NCBI GenBank assembly: GCA_965207065.1
Contig: OZ242260.1
Location: forward strand, 3,008,001-3,072,000
Direction: 5' to 3'
Length of the DNA: 64,000 bases
From: a bacterium
GTDB lineage: Bacteria > UBA8248
A program made the position numbers and the translations under genes. Shown piece by piece: positions 16,821-27,230 of this stretch. The notes under the pieces were generated by a model. That model saw nothing but the letters and a program-made list of their open reading frames with translations, did no database searches and had not been told where the DNA came from. Numbering within the stretch: the stretch's first letter is position 1; every line of letters starts with the position of its first letter.

Positions 16821-19568
16821 ATGTTCAAGGAATTTCCAAGCGACGTTAGCGAAGTTTTCTCCGAAGATAGAAAACCTCTCACCTACCGGATGAAGAGCGG
16901 CCCCACCTGTCTTTTCCTGCCGGACTCCACCGCTCCCGCCGTGAGTGTTCAGGCATGGCTTCGTGTCGGCAGTCTTACGGAAACGGACCCGAACGAGGGC
17001 ATCTCCCATTTCCTGGAGCACATGATATTCAAGGGTTCGGATAATCTCGAAGTAGGGGAGCTCGCCTCTCTGGCCGAGTCTTCCGGCGGAGACATTAACG
17101 CCTTTACGACGAGCGAAACCACCCATTACGACCTGATATCGATGCCGGATGAATTCGAAGGGTGTCTCGAAGCATTACTCGATGCCCTTTGGTGGCCGCG
17201 ATTCGAGGAGAGCGAAGTCCGCCAGGAACGACAGGTTATTCTCTCGGAATTCAATCGCACTTATGAGCAACCCGATCACTTGCTTCAGTATCACCTCTAC
17301 CGTGAGGCATACGGCCCCCGGCATCCTTACGGCCGCGCCATTTTGGGCACGCGGCAGACGCTCAAGAACATAGGCGCGGCAGAGTTGAAGAAATATCACA
17401 AGCGATTCTATGCGCCCTCATCCGCCGTGCTGGTGTTTGCCGGAGCATTTGACGTTATGCGGGTAAAATCCATTTTGAGAAGAAGGCAAAAGGGCTTTCT
17501 CGCCAAATGGCCAAGACCGCAGCGCAGGAAAATGCCGAAAGTTCCCCGACCGGCTCCCCTGAAAGCAGGTCCGCGCGTCGTTGTTCGGCGTGGCCGCTCG
17601 GGAACGGCGCACCTGGAACTCGCTTTCGAAATTCCTCCTGTGACGAACCGGGATGCTCCCGCGCTGGAAGTTCTTGGCATCGTTCTCGGAGCGGGCGAAA
17701 GCTCCCGCTTGTATGAACATCTTTGCATGGACACGTCGCTGATGTTTGATGTTTCTGCCGATGTCTATCTTTCCGGCGGGCCGGGGCTGTTTTTCCTGGG
17801 TGGATATACGGCTCCGGAAAACGCCGAGAAGGCCATAGAGCAAATTCTTCAGGTAGCGAAACAAATCATTGAGGACAGGCCGCTCACCCCGGATGAGTTG
17901 GATAAAGTGCGGATGAATTATCTGACGGGCCTGGAATTCAGGCGAGAGAGAATGACAGGCCGCGCTCATGTGGCGGGCTATTCCGAGTTGATCACTGGAG
18001 ATCCGAATTATTACGTGAAGTACATGAAAAAGGTGATGGCCCTGGATGCAAATGATGTCTCTGACGTGGCGAGGCGGTATCTGTCATCATCAAGATTAAC
18101 AGCGGGCGTATTCTTCCCCAAGGGAGAAGCGCCGCGAGTCGGGGTGCGAAGGATTCGAAATGCGATATGGAACGGATTCGAAAATCATCTTGAGCGAAAC
18201 CAGGATAACACGAATGGAAACCAGAGTGTAACGGAAAAATCTGCCGCGTCTAGTCGTACCCGCACCGTTTCACGAATGAGAAGCTCCCCCAAGTATGCGA
18301 GTCGCTCTAGTGACAAGAACAAGCCGATTGAGAAAAAGCTTCCGGGTGGCGGGCGGTTGGTCATGCTGCCAGATGGCGGCCCGCTGGTTTTCTCAATGCG
18401 AGCCGTATTCCTGGGAGGGCAAAGAAATGAATCCGCCCGCCAGGCCGGACTGCACGCCTTGATGACGTCCGCCGCTCCCATGGCGACGGAGAATTGTCCA
18501 TCTTTTATCCATACCAAAGAGGTCGAGGGTTTGGGCGCCAGTATCAATGGGTTTTCGGGGAGAAATACGTTTGGGCTAACGGCTTCCGGTCTCAGCGCGG
18601 TTTTACCCGAAGTGATGGAAAGATTCGTGGAAGTAATTTTTGCGCCCGCTTTTGATGAGGGTGATGTCGAATTCACTCGCGCGGAATTAAGTGCGGAGCG
18701 CGACAGCGAACTTGATGATTTGGGGCAATGGTGCCGGTTCAAGGGCTATCAGCTACTGTATGGCAAACACCCGTTGGGCCGTCATCCACTCGGGACTAAC
18801 AAGACGATGGCCGCATTCAACCGTAATGTTTTGAGGCGGGAATGGCGTAAAAGAGTAACGCCTGCGGAACTTGTCATCACGGCGGCCGGGAATTACGACA
18901 CTTCGTATCTGGAAGAACATCTCTCTAAAATGCTAAAGCCCTGGGCCGCGAGCGCTCCGCTTAAAACACCTGTTCTTCAGCCCGCTACGCCCAGAAGCCT
19001 CTCAAGAAAGCGCTTTCGCTCATATCAGATTGATGGGGCCTCGCAAAGCCATATTCATATGTCGTTTTTGGGAACGACTTTTCATGATCCAGCCAGACAT
19101 GCGCTTGCCGTTATAACAGCGGCCTTGGGGAGTCAGGGTGGAGGACTATTTCTGGAATTGAGAGAAAAGCGAGGCCTTGCCTACGATATAAGCATTTCCT
19201 CTTACGAGTCTCTGGACCCGGGGCCGATTTCGATTTATGCAGCCACGCCTGCGGGCAAGGAAAATTTCGTTATTGACCTCATATGGCAAGAAATTACCCG
19301 TGTAAGCACAGAGGGTCTTGGTGAAGAAGCGTTTCAGCGGGCGAAGGCTTATCTTGTCGGTGTGTTGTCTCGCAGCCATCAGCGGGCTTTTGCCCGAGCG
19401 GCCGACCTGGCGGGCCGATTCGTCCATGGATTGGGATGGGAGACGCTTGAAGAAACTAAGCGCCAGATTGAACGGGTGGAAATAAACACCGTCAGAGAAG
19501 CCGCACGTCATTTTATGAAGCCGAGCAAAGAATGCCTGGTGATCGTATCGGGCAATACTTTGAAATAG
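16821..19568 (+). CDS. M16 (pitrilysin) family zinc peptidase, fused two-half form
   Basis: HFLEHMIFKGS (HxxEH), INAFT, HPYGR, LREKRGLAY motifs; start uncertain. Confidence 0.9.
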   Translation: MFKEFPSDVSEVFSEDRKPLTYRMKSGPTCLFLPDSTAPAVSVQAWLRVGSLTETDPNEGISHFLEHMIFKGSDNLEVGELASLAESSGGDINAFTTSETTHYDLISMPDEFEGCLEALLDALWWPRFEESEVRQERQVILSEFNRTYEQPDHLLQYHLYREAYGPRHPYGRAILGTRQTLKNIGAAELKKYHKRFYAPSSAVLVFAGAFDVMRVKSILRRRQKGFLAKWPRPQRRKMPKVPRPAPLKAGPRVVVRRGRSGTAHLELAFEIPPVTNRDAPALEVLGIVLGAGESSRLYEHLCMDTSLMFDVSADVYLSGGPGLFFLGGYTAPENAEKAIEQILQVAKQIIEDRPLTPDELDKVRMNYLTGLEFRRERMTGRAHVAGYSELITGDPNYYVKYMKKVMALDANDVSDVARRYLSSSRLTAGVFFPKGEAPRVGVRRIRNAIWNGFENHLERNQDNTNGNQSVTEKSAASSRTRTVSRMRSSPKYASRSSDKNKPIEKKLPGGGRLVMLPDGGPLVFSMRAVFLGGQRNESARQAGLHALMTSAAPMATENCPSFIHTKEVEGLGASINGFSGRNTFGLTASGLSAVLPEVMERFVEVIFAPAFDEGDVEFTRAELSAERDSELDDLGQWCRFKGYQLLYGKHPLGRHPLGTNKTMAAFNRNVLRREWRKRVTPAELVITAAGNYDTSYLEEHLSKMLKPWAASAPLKTPVLQPATPRSLSRKRFRSYQIDGASQSHIHMSFLGTTFHDPARHALAVITAALGSQGGGLFLELREKRGLAYDISISSYESLDPGPISIYAATPAGKENFVIDLIWQEITRVSTEGLGEEAFQRAKAYLVGVLSRSHQRAFARAADLAGRFVHGLGWETLEETKRQIERVEINTVREAARHFMKPSKECLVIVSGNTLK

Positions 19569-19577
19569 ACTGACTTT

Positions 19578-20213
19578 CTAGCGATTGGTTTCTTGAATCT
19601 CGAGCAAATCTCCTTGTAGCTTTCTTAGCCGGCGGCGTAATTGAGCCATTTCCTCAATAATGTTTTCTTCTTTTTGATATGTGAGCAGCATTCGCTCCAG
19701 TTCCTTCAATTCAGCAGCCAGTCTGCGCCTTGCAGCGGGATTTTTCGAGCGAATCCGCACTTGTTCGATCTCTAGAATGCGTTGACGCAATTCTTCGAGA
19801 GTCATTGTCGTACGTGGTGGCAAAGGCATTTCTTTCGAGGTTGCATCTCGAGTAATTCCCCTGGTTGATTGCCGGACTTGGCCGGGCCTCAGGTTTTCCT
19901 CCATTTCTGCAGGAGTTCTGGAAGGAAAGCGATCATTCTTGCGGGGCGTTTCGGCGGGGCGGGCAACAGGTTTTCTATTGTTTTTTTCGTTCTTGGCTCG
20001 TGTTTCTCCGGTGTCTTCTCGTCCGTATGCGTGGTCTCGCTGGTATTTTCCGATGGAGATCAAGGTATTCGTAACGGCTCGCTGGGTCTTTACGTATGCG
20101 GATCGAACGGTGGTTTTCGTCTTCTCCCACACATCTTGTGAAGAATAGTTGCTTCCAGCACAACCCCCAGCCAGGATACTCAGCAACATGGCGGGTAAAA
20201 GAAAAAATTTCAT
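19578..20213 (-). CDS. Hypothetical lipoprotein with a C-terminal coiled coil
   Basis: MKFFLLPAMLLSILAGGC signal/lipobox; heptad-rich C-terminus; fills the space between hflX and the convergent M16 gene. Confidence 0.65.
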   Translation of the reverse strand: MKFFLLPAMLLSILAGGCAGSNYSSQDVWEKTKTTVRSAYVKTQRAVTNTLISIGKYQRDHAYGREDTGETRAKNEKNNRKPVARPAETPRKNDRFPSRTPAEMEENLRPGQVRQSTRGITRDATSKEMPLPPRTTMTLEELRQRILEIEQVRIRSKNPAARRRLAAELKELERMLLTYQKEENIIEEMAQLRRRLRKLQGDLLEIQETNR

Positions 20214-20226
20214 TTCAGAATAGAAA

Positions 20227-21942
20227 TTAGTTTGCGATCTGTTCGTATTCTTGCGTCTCATCCTGCTTGTCCATGCTCGATAGGCGGGAGGCTGCCTCGT
20301 CCACCAGTGGCACAAGGCTTTCGGGGGCTATGCCGCTCACGGCGATGCCGTCGAACCGGCGGCACAAGTTGGCCAGACGGATGTCATCCGTCTGGTCCAT
20401 TTTGTTGAATACCCGAATGAGAGGCGTGTCTTTTAGGCCAATTTCATCAAGGATTTTCTCCACGGCATGAAGGTTGTCCTCACAATGCGGAGAAGAGGCG
20501 TCGATCACATGAAGGAGAAGGTCCGCCTCACTCAGTTCCTCCAATGTCGAGCGGAATGCCCCTATCAACTCCTGGGGGAGGTCGTGAATAAAACCGACGG
20601 TATCCGTGATGATGACTTCCTGATCGCGCGGGAGCCTGAGTCTACGGCTCGATGTGTCCAAGGTGGCGAATAGGCGATTCTCGGCAATTACCTCGCTATT
20701 CGTTAAGGCGTTCAGCAGTGTCGATTTACCCGCATTGGTATAACCCACCAGAGAGAGAACCGGTACTTCACGACGCTGGCGGAGTTGCCTGCCTTGAGAG
20801 CGTTTTTTCTGCAAGTTTTCGAGTTCTTTCTCCACCCTTCGAATTCGTTCGAACGCGCGGCGGCGGTGAATCTCCAGCTTCGTTTCGCCCGGTCCCCTGC
20901 CGCCAATGCCACCGGTGAGTCTACTCAAGGCTGTGTGTTGAGAGGAGATGCGGGGCAGGGTATATCGCAATAAAGCCAGTTCCACCTGAAGTTTTCCCAC
21001 GCGGCTCTTCGCTCTTTGGGCGAAAATATCGAGAATGATTTGCGTCCGGTCGAGGATTTTCAAATCGGTGAATTCTGATAAGTTTTTAATTTGCGAGGGG
21101 GTCAACTCATTGGAGAAGAACAGCACCTCGGCCCCCACCTGCATCGAGTTCATGAGGACCTCCGCAAGCCGACCCTTACCGATGACGAAGCGAGGGTCCG
21201 GTTTTTTCCGGCGCTGGAGGATTTGTCCGCATGGGATGAAACCGGCCTCACGTGTGAGCAGGGACAATTCCTCGAACTCGGTCTCGGGAGAGCGGTTCGA
21301 TTTCTGCCCCGTATCGAGATGCACAAGCAAGGCGCGCTCTCCATCTTCGAGATCAATTGATGATTTTTGCAGTCGTGCGAATTCATTCTCGAGAGAGTTA
21401 ATGAGGGCCTCGATGTCGACCCGGGTCGATTCGAGGTTAGGGAACGACTGAATTTCCCAGGGAGCGCGATTTCCCGCGAAGGTCGAGTGGCCGTTGGCTT
21501 GCCCACTATCATCGGGAGGCCGGGTTGTAAGGTGGGCGAAATGGAAGCGGCCCGCATTCCCGTCTTCCACGACTTCTATAACTCCCATAGCGTCGAGTCG
21601 CAGGAGAGCCATGTCCGTCAGATCTTCCTGAGATAGCGGTGAGGCGTTCAAGTGGGTGTGTACGCACCGAAGTCCTCTGAGTCTGGCCATCCCGGCGCGT
21701 GCGCGGCCCAGTTCCGGTATTTCGATTCCACGCGCATCGCCGATAATCACGTAGCGCACTACACCGAGTCGATCGATGAGCAACCCAATCTGACGCGATA
21801 TTTCATAAGATAGATATGTTAATTCGCGGCCGAGTTCTAAATGAATGAATTGATCGGGTGGAATTTTGCGGCGGTATAGCCTTTCCAAAATTTTCATTTG
21901 CTTAGGCTTCAGCCCGGTGAGGCGACCATGAAGTCTAGCGAT
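20227..21942 (-). CDS. hflX: GTPase HflX, long form with an N-terminal extension; probable ATC start
   Basis: ILDIFAQRA, GRGPGETKLE, VGYTNAGKSTL, LFATLD, DTVGF, NKMD motifs. The track start at ATG 21897 cuts off the conserved-looking HGRLTGLKPKQ. Confidence 0.95.
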   Translation of the reverse strand: MARLHGRLTGLKPKQMKILERLYRRKIPPDQFIHLELGRELTYLSYEISRQIGLLIDRLGVVRYVIIGDARGIEIPELGRARAGMARLRGLRCVHTHLNASPLSQEDLTDMALLRLDAMGVIEVVEDGNAGRFHFAHLTTRPPDDSGQANGHSTFAGNRAPWEIQSFPNLESTRVDIEALINSLENEFARLQKSSIDLEDGERALLVHLDTGQKSNRSPETEFEELSLLTREAGFIPCGQILQRRKKPDPRFVIGKGRLAEVLMNSMQVGAEVLFFSNELTPSQIKNLSEFTDLKILDRTQIILDIFAQRAKSRVGKLQVELALLRYTLPRISSQHTALSRLTGGIGGRGPGETKLEIHRRRAFERIRRVEKELENLQKKRSQGRQLRQRREVPVLSLVGYTNAGKSTLLNALTNSEVIAENRLFATLDTSSRRLRLPRDQEVIITDTVGFIHDLPQELIGAFRSTLEELSEADLLLHVIDASSPHCEDNLHAVEKILDEIGLKDTPLIRVFNKMDQTDDIRLANLCRRFDGIAVSGIAPESLVPLVDEAASRLSSMDKQDETQEYEQIAN

Positions 21943-22063
21943 GGCAGGTTACTCCCCAAATCAAACGGGCAGAAAATTACGAAGCTGCGCCAGAGATTAT
22001 CTCCATTGCGTAAACAACAATCTATCAACAAGATATGCTAAGTTTGCCCGTAACACAATATGA

Positions 22064-22092
22064 TTGACACTCCCAATGGTGTTCAATAGACT
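22064..22092 (+). promoter_or_regulatory. Sigma70-type promoter of mgtE
   Basis: TTGACA-17 nt-TAGACT, about 50 nt upstream of the mgtE ATG. Confidence 0.6.
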
Positions 22093-22143
22093 CTACGCCC
22101 TTTAGACACCGTGTTTGCTTGCTTGAAAATTTGGGGATCAGCC

Positions 22144-23511
22144 ATGGTGAACGAGCGTGATCCGAGACTTCTTCGCGTAGAGGACATGGTGCGTCGGCTT
22201 TTAAGGCATAAGGCCGATGCCAATCTCTCCAATGCGCTGGAAAAAATGCACGCGGCTGAAGTGGCGCAGATTTTTCAGCATTTTCTGCCCGAAGAACGCC
22301 AAGAAGCGTTTTCCCTCGTCCGAAACCGGGAACACCGCGCCTCCATTCTGACGGAATCGGATTCCCACATCGTACGGGAACTCCTCGAGCCGGTACCGAA
22401 CGATGACGTCGTCCCACTGATCAAGGAATTGGACAGCGACGACGCGAGATATATTCTGGAGACCTTGCCCGAGGAGCGTTCCCAGGAAATAGTTGCGCTC
22501 TTAGATGCGCCGGAAACGGAAGCCATACAGGACATGATGGCGTATTTGCCGGAAACCGCAGGCGCCATCATGACGGATTCATATGTGGCTCTTCCAGAGG
22601 AACTCACGGTTGATGAAGCCATCGCCCGGGTGCGAAAAGCCAGTGAAGTTGACTACATTTTCTATGTGTACGTCATAGACTCCAATGGTTGCCTGAGAGG
22701 GGTGATTACCCTACGGCAACTTTTGCTGGCGGATCCTTCCAAACCCTTGTCTGAAATCATGATCACCAATGTCTGGAGCGAAAACGTACATGCCGACCAG
22801 GAGCACGTCGCACGCGTCGTCTCGCGCTACAACATTTTGGCCATTCCCGTTGTGGATGACGACAACGTCCTGGTCGGGATCATCACGGTGGATGACGTGC
22901 TCGACGTCATCAGGGAGGAAGCGACCGAGGACATCTTGAAGATGGCGGGGACGCACTCCTATCAGGACGAGGTGACGTCGCTTTCCGCAAGGCGCCTTGC
23001 GTGGATTCGTTTGCCCTGGCTCTTTTTCAGTTGGCTGGGCGGCATACTCGCTGCTCAGTTAATCCATCAGTACTCAGACCAATTGAGTAAAATAGTGGCT
23101 CTCGCCGCATTCATGCCGGTGATCATCGGAATGGCGGGTAACGTGGGCACCCAAAGCGCCACAATCGTTGTCCGAGGTATAGCGACAGGGCGAATCGATC
23201 CCAAATCATGGCTTCGCGTTATCTCGAAAGAGGTGACCGTCGGGTCGCTTCTGGGCGTTTGTTATGGCCTGTTATTGGGATTGTTGGCGACGTATCAGTT
23301 CTCCTCAGTCGCGTGGCTGGGTTTTGTCGTGGGGCTTGCGATTTGTGTGGTGATGATGTTTTCTGCGCTTCTCGCATCGGTTCTGCCGCTCGTGCTCCAT
23401 CGGTTTCGCGTTGACCCCGCCGTGGCGACGGGGCCTTTTGTGACGACCGGAGTCGATGTCCTGGGGCTTTTGATTTACTTTAACATCGCTCGTTGGTTTC
23501 TTTTTTCATAA
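22144..23511 (+). CDS. mgtE: Magnesium transporter MgtE
   Basis: N-domain, CBS pair (TAGAIMT...GIITVDD), RLPWL, GNVGTQ, DPAVATGPFVTT..D motifs. Confidence 0.96.
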   Translation: MVNERDPRLLRVEDMVRRLLRHKADANLSNALEKMHAAEVAQIFQHFLPEERQEAFSLVRNREHRASILTESDSHIVRELLEPVPNDDVVPLIKELDSDDARYILETLPEERSQEIVALLDAPETEAIQDMMAYLPETAGAIMTDSYVALPEELTVDEAIARVRKASEVDYIFYVYVIDSNGCLRGVITLRQLLLADPSKPLSEIMITNVWSENVHADQEHVARVVSRYNILAIPVVDDDNVLVGIITVDDVLDVIREEATEDILKMAGTHSYQDEVTSLSARRLAWIRLPWLFFSWLGGILAAQLIHQYSDQLSKIVALAAFMPVIIGMAGNVGTQSATIVVRGIATGRIDPKSWLRVISKEVTVGSLLGVCYGLLLGLLATYQFSSVAWLGFVVGLAICVVMMFSALLASVLPLVLHRFRVDPAVATGPFVTTGVDVLGLLIYFNIARWFLFS

Positions 23512-23532
23512 CCGCTCATAGGTTTATCCGGC

Positions 23533-23955
23533 TTGGCTCTGTCTATCGATTTCCGTGTAAGGTATGCCGAAACCGACCAGATGGGAGTGGTGCATCACTC
23601 GGTCTATTATGTATGGTTCGAGCAGCTTCGAACAGAGTATTTTCGTAAAATCGGATTCCCCTACGGGCAGCTCGAAGAACAGGGCGTTTTCTTTCCCGTG
23701 GTGGAGAGCCGTTGTCAGTACAAGGAAGGCGCGCGGTATGACGGCGAGGTGAAAGTCACCGGCTGGTTCAGGGAGCCCGAGGGTATACGCGTGCGGATCG
23801 ATTACCTGGTGGAGCAAGTAGGGCGCGTTCTGGTGAAAGGCTATACGCTTCATGCGAGAACCGATTCGGGCGGTAAACCGAGGCGCATTCCGCCAGATAT
23901 TCTCCAGAAGATAACGGAGGAGGCCGTACCCATCTCGGAGGGACCGCATCTTTAG
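23533..23955 (+). CDS. Acyl-CoA thioesterase, YbgC/4HBT family
   Basis: RVRYAETDQMGVVHHSVYYVWFE motif. Confidence 0.92.
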   Translation: MALSIDFRVRYAETDQMGVVHHSVYYVWFEQLRTEYFRKIGFPYGQLEEQGVFFPVVESRCQYKEGARYDGEVKVTGWFREPEGIRVRIDYLVEQVGRVLVKGYTLHARTDSGGKPRRIPPDILQKITEEAVPISEGPHL

Positions 23956-24034
23956 AGCAGCGCGAACATTTTGAAGCAGGCGGAACGCCTGCATTGGAAT
24001 TCAAGAAACATATACCGAAAAATTGAGGAATTTC

Positions 24035-26644
24035 ATGCTCGGCGAATATAGTCCATCCAGTTATGAGGGGAAATGGCAGAATCTGTGGGCGGAGGAGAAG
24101 TTATTCGAGACCTCCGATCACCCGGGTGATAAGCCTACTTACTATTCCCTGATGATGTTTCCCTACCCATCGGGCGACCTACACATGGGTCACGCCTGCA
24201 ACTACACGATGGGTGACGCCATCAGCCGCTACCGGAAGATGCGCGGCTTCGAGGTCTTGCACCCGATGGGTTGGGATGCCCTGGGGCTGCCCGCGGAGAA
24301 CGCCGCCATCAATGCCGGCGCGCATCCCGCCGCGTGGACGAAAAAAAATATCGACAACATGAGACGCCAGCTTCGAATGGCGGGTCTCGCTTATGACTGG
24401 CCGCGCGAGATTTCCACCGCGCATCCGGGCTATTACAAATGGACACAGTGGATTTTCCTCCAGATGCTCGAAAATGGCCTGGCGTATAAGCGCGAGGCCC
24501 TCGTCAACTGGGACCCGGTGGATGGCACGGTTCTGGCGAACGAGCAGATTCACGACGGCATCGCCTGGCGCAGCGGCGCCAAGGTGGAAAAACGCTGGCT
24601 CAGCCAGTGGTTCCTGAAGATTACCGATTATGCGCAGCGCCTGCTGGACGATCTCGATGGTCTCGTCGGCTGGCCCGAGCACGTAAAGCAGCAACAAAGA
24701 AACTGGTTGGGGCGCAGCGAGGGCGCGCGGATAGATTTCAGACTCGAGACGACCGGCGAGACGCTCTCGGTTTTCACCACCAGGCCGGATACGGTCTATG
24801 GCGTCACCTTCATGGTCTGCGCGCCGGAGCACCCTCTAATCGATCAATTGCTGGAGGGGAATCCACAGGCGGATTCCATCCGCGAGGCCGTGGAAGCCAT
24901 GCAGACCCAAAGCGCCGCGGAACGCATGAGCGAAGACAGTGAAAAAACAGGCGTCGATACGGGTCATTTCATTATCAACCCCGTCAATGGAGACCGCGTA
25001 CCCTTGCTCGTGGCCGATTACGCTTTGATGGAATATGGCACGGGCATCGTGATGGGTGTGCCCGCGCACGACCAGCGCGATTTCGTTTTTGCGAGAAAAT
25101 ACGGGATCCCGGTCAAGGTGGTCATCCAGCATCCTGAAGGGGGACTCAATGGCGACACGATGGAGGAGGCATACATCGAAGACGGCGTCATGGAAAACTC
25201 CGGCCCATTCGACGGGCAGCCGAACCGCGAAGCGTATCCAAAGATGATCGATTATTTCGCGGAAAAGTGTTTCGGGGACAAGACAATCAACTGGCGCCTC
25301 AGAGACTGGCTCATTTCTCGCCAGCGTTATTGGGGGGTGCCGATACCCGTCATTTATGAAGAAGACGGCAGCATCACCCCTGTGCCGGACGATCATCTGC
25401 CCGTCATGCACCCGCGTGACGTCGAGTTCACGGGCCGAGGGGGGAATCCCCTGGCTCAGAGCGAGGATTTCGTGAACGTCATCAGCCCGAAAACAGGAAG
25501 GCCCGCCCGCCGGGAGACGGACACGATGGACACTTTTGTGGACTCATCCTGGTATTACCTGCGGTACGTCAGCCCGCGCGACGATAGCGCCGTGTTCCAG
25601 TCGGAAAACGTGAACCACTGGCTGCCGGTGACGCAGTACATCGGGGGCGCGGAACATGCCGTCATGCACCTGCTGTACTCGCGGTTTTTCACAAAAGTGC
25701 TCTACGATCTGGGGCTTGTTTCTTTCGAGGAGCCCTTTGAGAATCTGTTCACCCAGGGAATGGTTTGCAGGATGGCCTACTATGTGGCAGATGCGCGCGG
25801 CCGTGTTTGGGTACCCTATCAGGACGTGGACGAGGAATCTCTTATCGTTACGGCAGACGGCCCGAGCGGCAGCGGCTACGAAGCCGGGCAGAAGGTGCTC
25901 CCCGAGATGGCCTCGATGAGCAAGTCGAAGATGAACGGAGTCTCGATTGAAGAATGCACGGGAAAATACGGGGCCGATGCGGGCCGCCTGTATACGCTGT
26001 TCATCGGTCCTCCCGAGCGCTCGAAGGAATGGCGCGATGATGGATTGATAGGCGTGCACAGGTTCCTGCAAAGGCTTTGGGTTACGTTCGCGGAGCGGCT
26101 CGAAGCCTGGAGGGAGACAGATGCCTATTCCGGAGACGGGAGCGGGTTGACCGCATCCGGGAGAAAGCTCAGGCGCGACGCCCACGCCACCTTGAAGGCG
26201 GTGACGGAAGTTTATGAGCACTCCTTCTCCTTTAACACGGCGGTGGCGCGCATCATGGAACTGGCCACGTCGCTTCGCTCGGAGGCCGAGGCGGACAATG
26301 CGGTGCAGCGCGAGGCGGCCGAGATTCTGCTTCGCTGCATGGCGCCCATGGCGCCTCACGTGGCGGAGGAACTCTGGCAGGCTCTTAGCGGAAGTGGGGG
26401 AGAGGTCAGTATCTTCCGGGTGGCGTGGCCCCAAGTGGATGAATCGGCCATTGCCGCCGAGGAGAAGGAATTCGCCGTGCAAGTGAACGGAAAGACGAGG
26501 CGCACGTTCATGGCGCTGCCGGATGCGCCCGAGGAGGAACTGAAGGAAAAAGCGGAAGCCGTCACAGCTGGTTACATCGGTGATAAAGAGATCGTGAAGC
26601 ACATTGTCGTGCCGGGACGCCTGGTGAATCTGATTGTGAAGTGA
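24035..26644 (+). CDS. leuS: Leucine--tRNA ligase
   Basis: MFPYPSGDLHMGH (HIGH), FTTRPDT, VPAHDQRD, DWLISRQRYWG, MSKSK motifs; C-terminal VPGRLVNLIV. Confidence 0.98.
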   Translation: MLGEYSPSSYEGKWQNLWAEEKLFETSDHPGDKPTYYSLMMFPYPSGDLHMGHACNYTMGDAISRYRKMRGFEVLHPMGWDALGLPAENAAINAGAHPAAWTKKNIDNMRRQLRMAGLAYDWPREISTAHPGYYKWTQWIFLQMLENGLAYKREALVNWDPVDGTVLANEQIHDGIAWRSGAKVEKRWLSQWFLKITDYAQRLLDDLDGLVGWPEHVKQQQRNWLGRSEGARIDFRLETTGETLSVFTTRPDTVYGVTFMVCAPEHPLIDQLLEGNPQADSIREAVEAMQTQSAAERMSEDSEKTGVDTGHFIINPVNGDRVPLLVADYALMEYGTGIVMGVPAHDQRDFVFARKYGIPVKVVIQHPEGGLNGDTMEEAYIEDGVMENSGPFDGQPNREAYPKMIDYFAEKCFGDKTINWRLRDWLISRQRYWGVPIPVIYEEDGSITPVPDDHLPVMHPRDVEFTGRGGNPLAQSEDFVNVISPKTGRPARRETDTMDTFVDSSWYYLRYVSPRDDSAVFQSENVNHWLPVTQYIGGAEHAVMHLLYSRFFTKVLYDLGLVSFEEPFENLFTQGMVCRMAYYVADARGRVWVPYQDVDEESLIVTADGPSGSGYEAGQKVLPEMASMSKSKMNGVSIEECTGKYGADAGRLYTLFIGPPERSKEWRDDGLIGVHRFLQRLWVTFAERLEAWRETDAYSGDGSGLTASGRKLRRDAHATLKAVTEVYEHSFSFNTAVARIMELATSLRSEAEADNAVQREAAEILLRCMAPMAPHVAEELWQALSGSGGEVSIFRVAWPQVDESAIAAEEKEFAVQVNGKTRRTFMALPDAPEEELKEKAEAVTAGYIGDKEIVKHIVVPGRLVNLIVK

Positions 26645-26723
26645 AGGAGGACTCCGGTATCATTTTGGAGCGATAAATCGGGAATAATTCATAACGTCAT
26701 GAATTTTCGAGAGGAGATGGAAA

Positions 26724-27176
26724 ATGGCCGAGCGCCCGACCGAAATGGATGAATTTTTACAGGAACCCCACATGGCGAGAATCGCCACCACGAATGCGGA
26801 TGGTTCCCCGCACGTAATTCCGCTTTTGTATCTGTTCAATCCCGAGGATGCCAGTTTTTTCATCAGCACGGGTGAGGATTCCGTTTCGGCAAGGAATTTA
26901 AGGAGAAACCCGGCGTTTTCCATCTGCATCGACGATGATGAAGCTCCTTTCCGCGCTGTTGTCGTGGAGGGGGAGGCGCAGGTCTCCGAGGTGATGGGTA
27001 AAGACCACGAGGGGCTTAAAAGCGTGGTGGATCACTTTTTTGGGCCGGAGATGTGGGCGAATTACGTAAATACGCCCATCGCGCAGAAAATACGTGTGCG
27101 AATCACCATGGTTCCCAAGAAATGGAAATGGTGGGATTACCGCAGAATGTTGATGGGTTCGGTGACGGTAGACTGA
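26724..27176 (+). CDS. Pyridoxamine 5'-phosphate oxidase family (split-barrel flavin-binding) protein
   Basis: ARIATTNADGSPHVIP, RNLRRNP, AVVVEG motifs. Confidence 0.85.
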   Translation: MAERPTEMDEFLQEPHMARIATTNADGSPHVIPLLYLFNPEDASFFISTGEDSVSARNLRRNPAFSICIDDDEAPFRAVVVEGEAQVSEVMGKDHEGLKSVVDHFFGPEMWANYVNTPIAQKIRVRITMVPKKWKWWDYRRMLMGSVTVD

Positions 27177-27192
27177 GTTTGCCGATGGCTGG

Positions 27193-27226
27193 AAAGCCCC
27201 GGAGAGGAATCTCCGGGGCTTTTTTC
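27193..27226. terminator. Intrinsic terminator between convergent genes
   Basis: AAAGCCCCGGAGA-GGAA-TCTCCGGGGCTTT perfect hairpin followed by a T-tract. Confidence 0.85.
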
Positions 27227-27230
27227 TTTT

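Noticed and set aside
21960-22143. M-box (Mg2+) riboswitch upstream of mgtE
   Set aside because: The predicted promoter leaves only about 45 nt of leader, too short, and no matching structure is visible.
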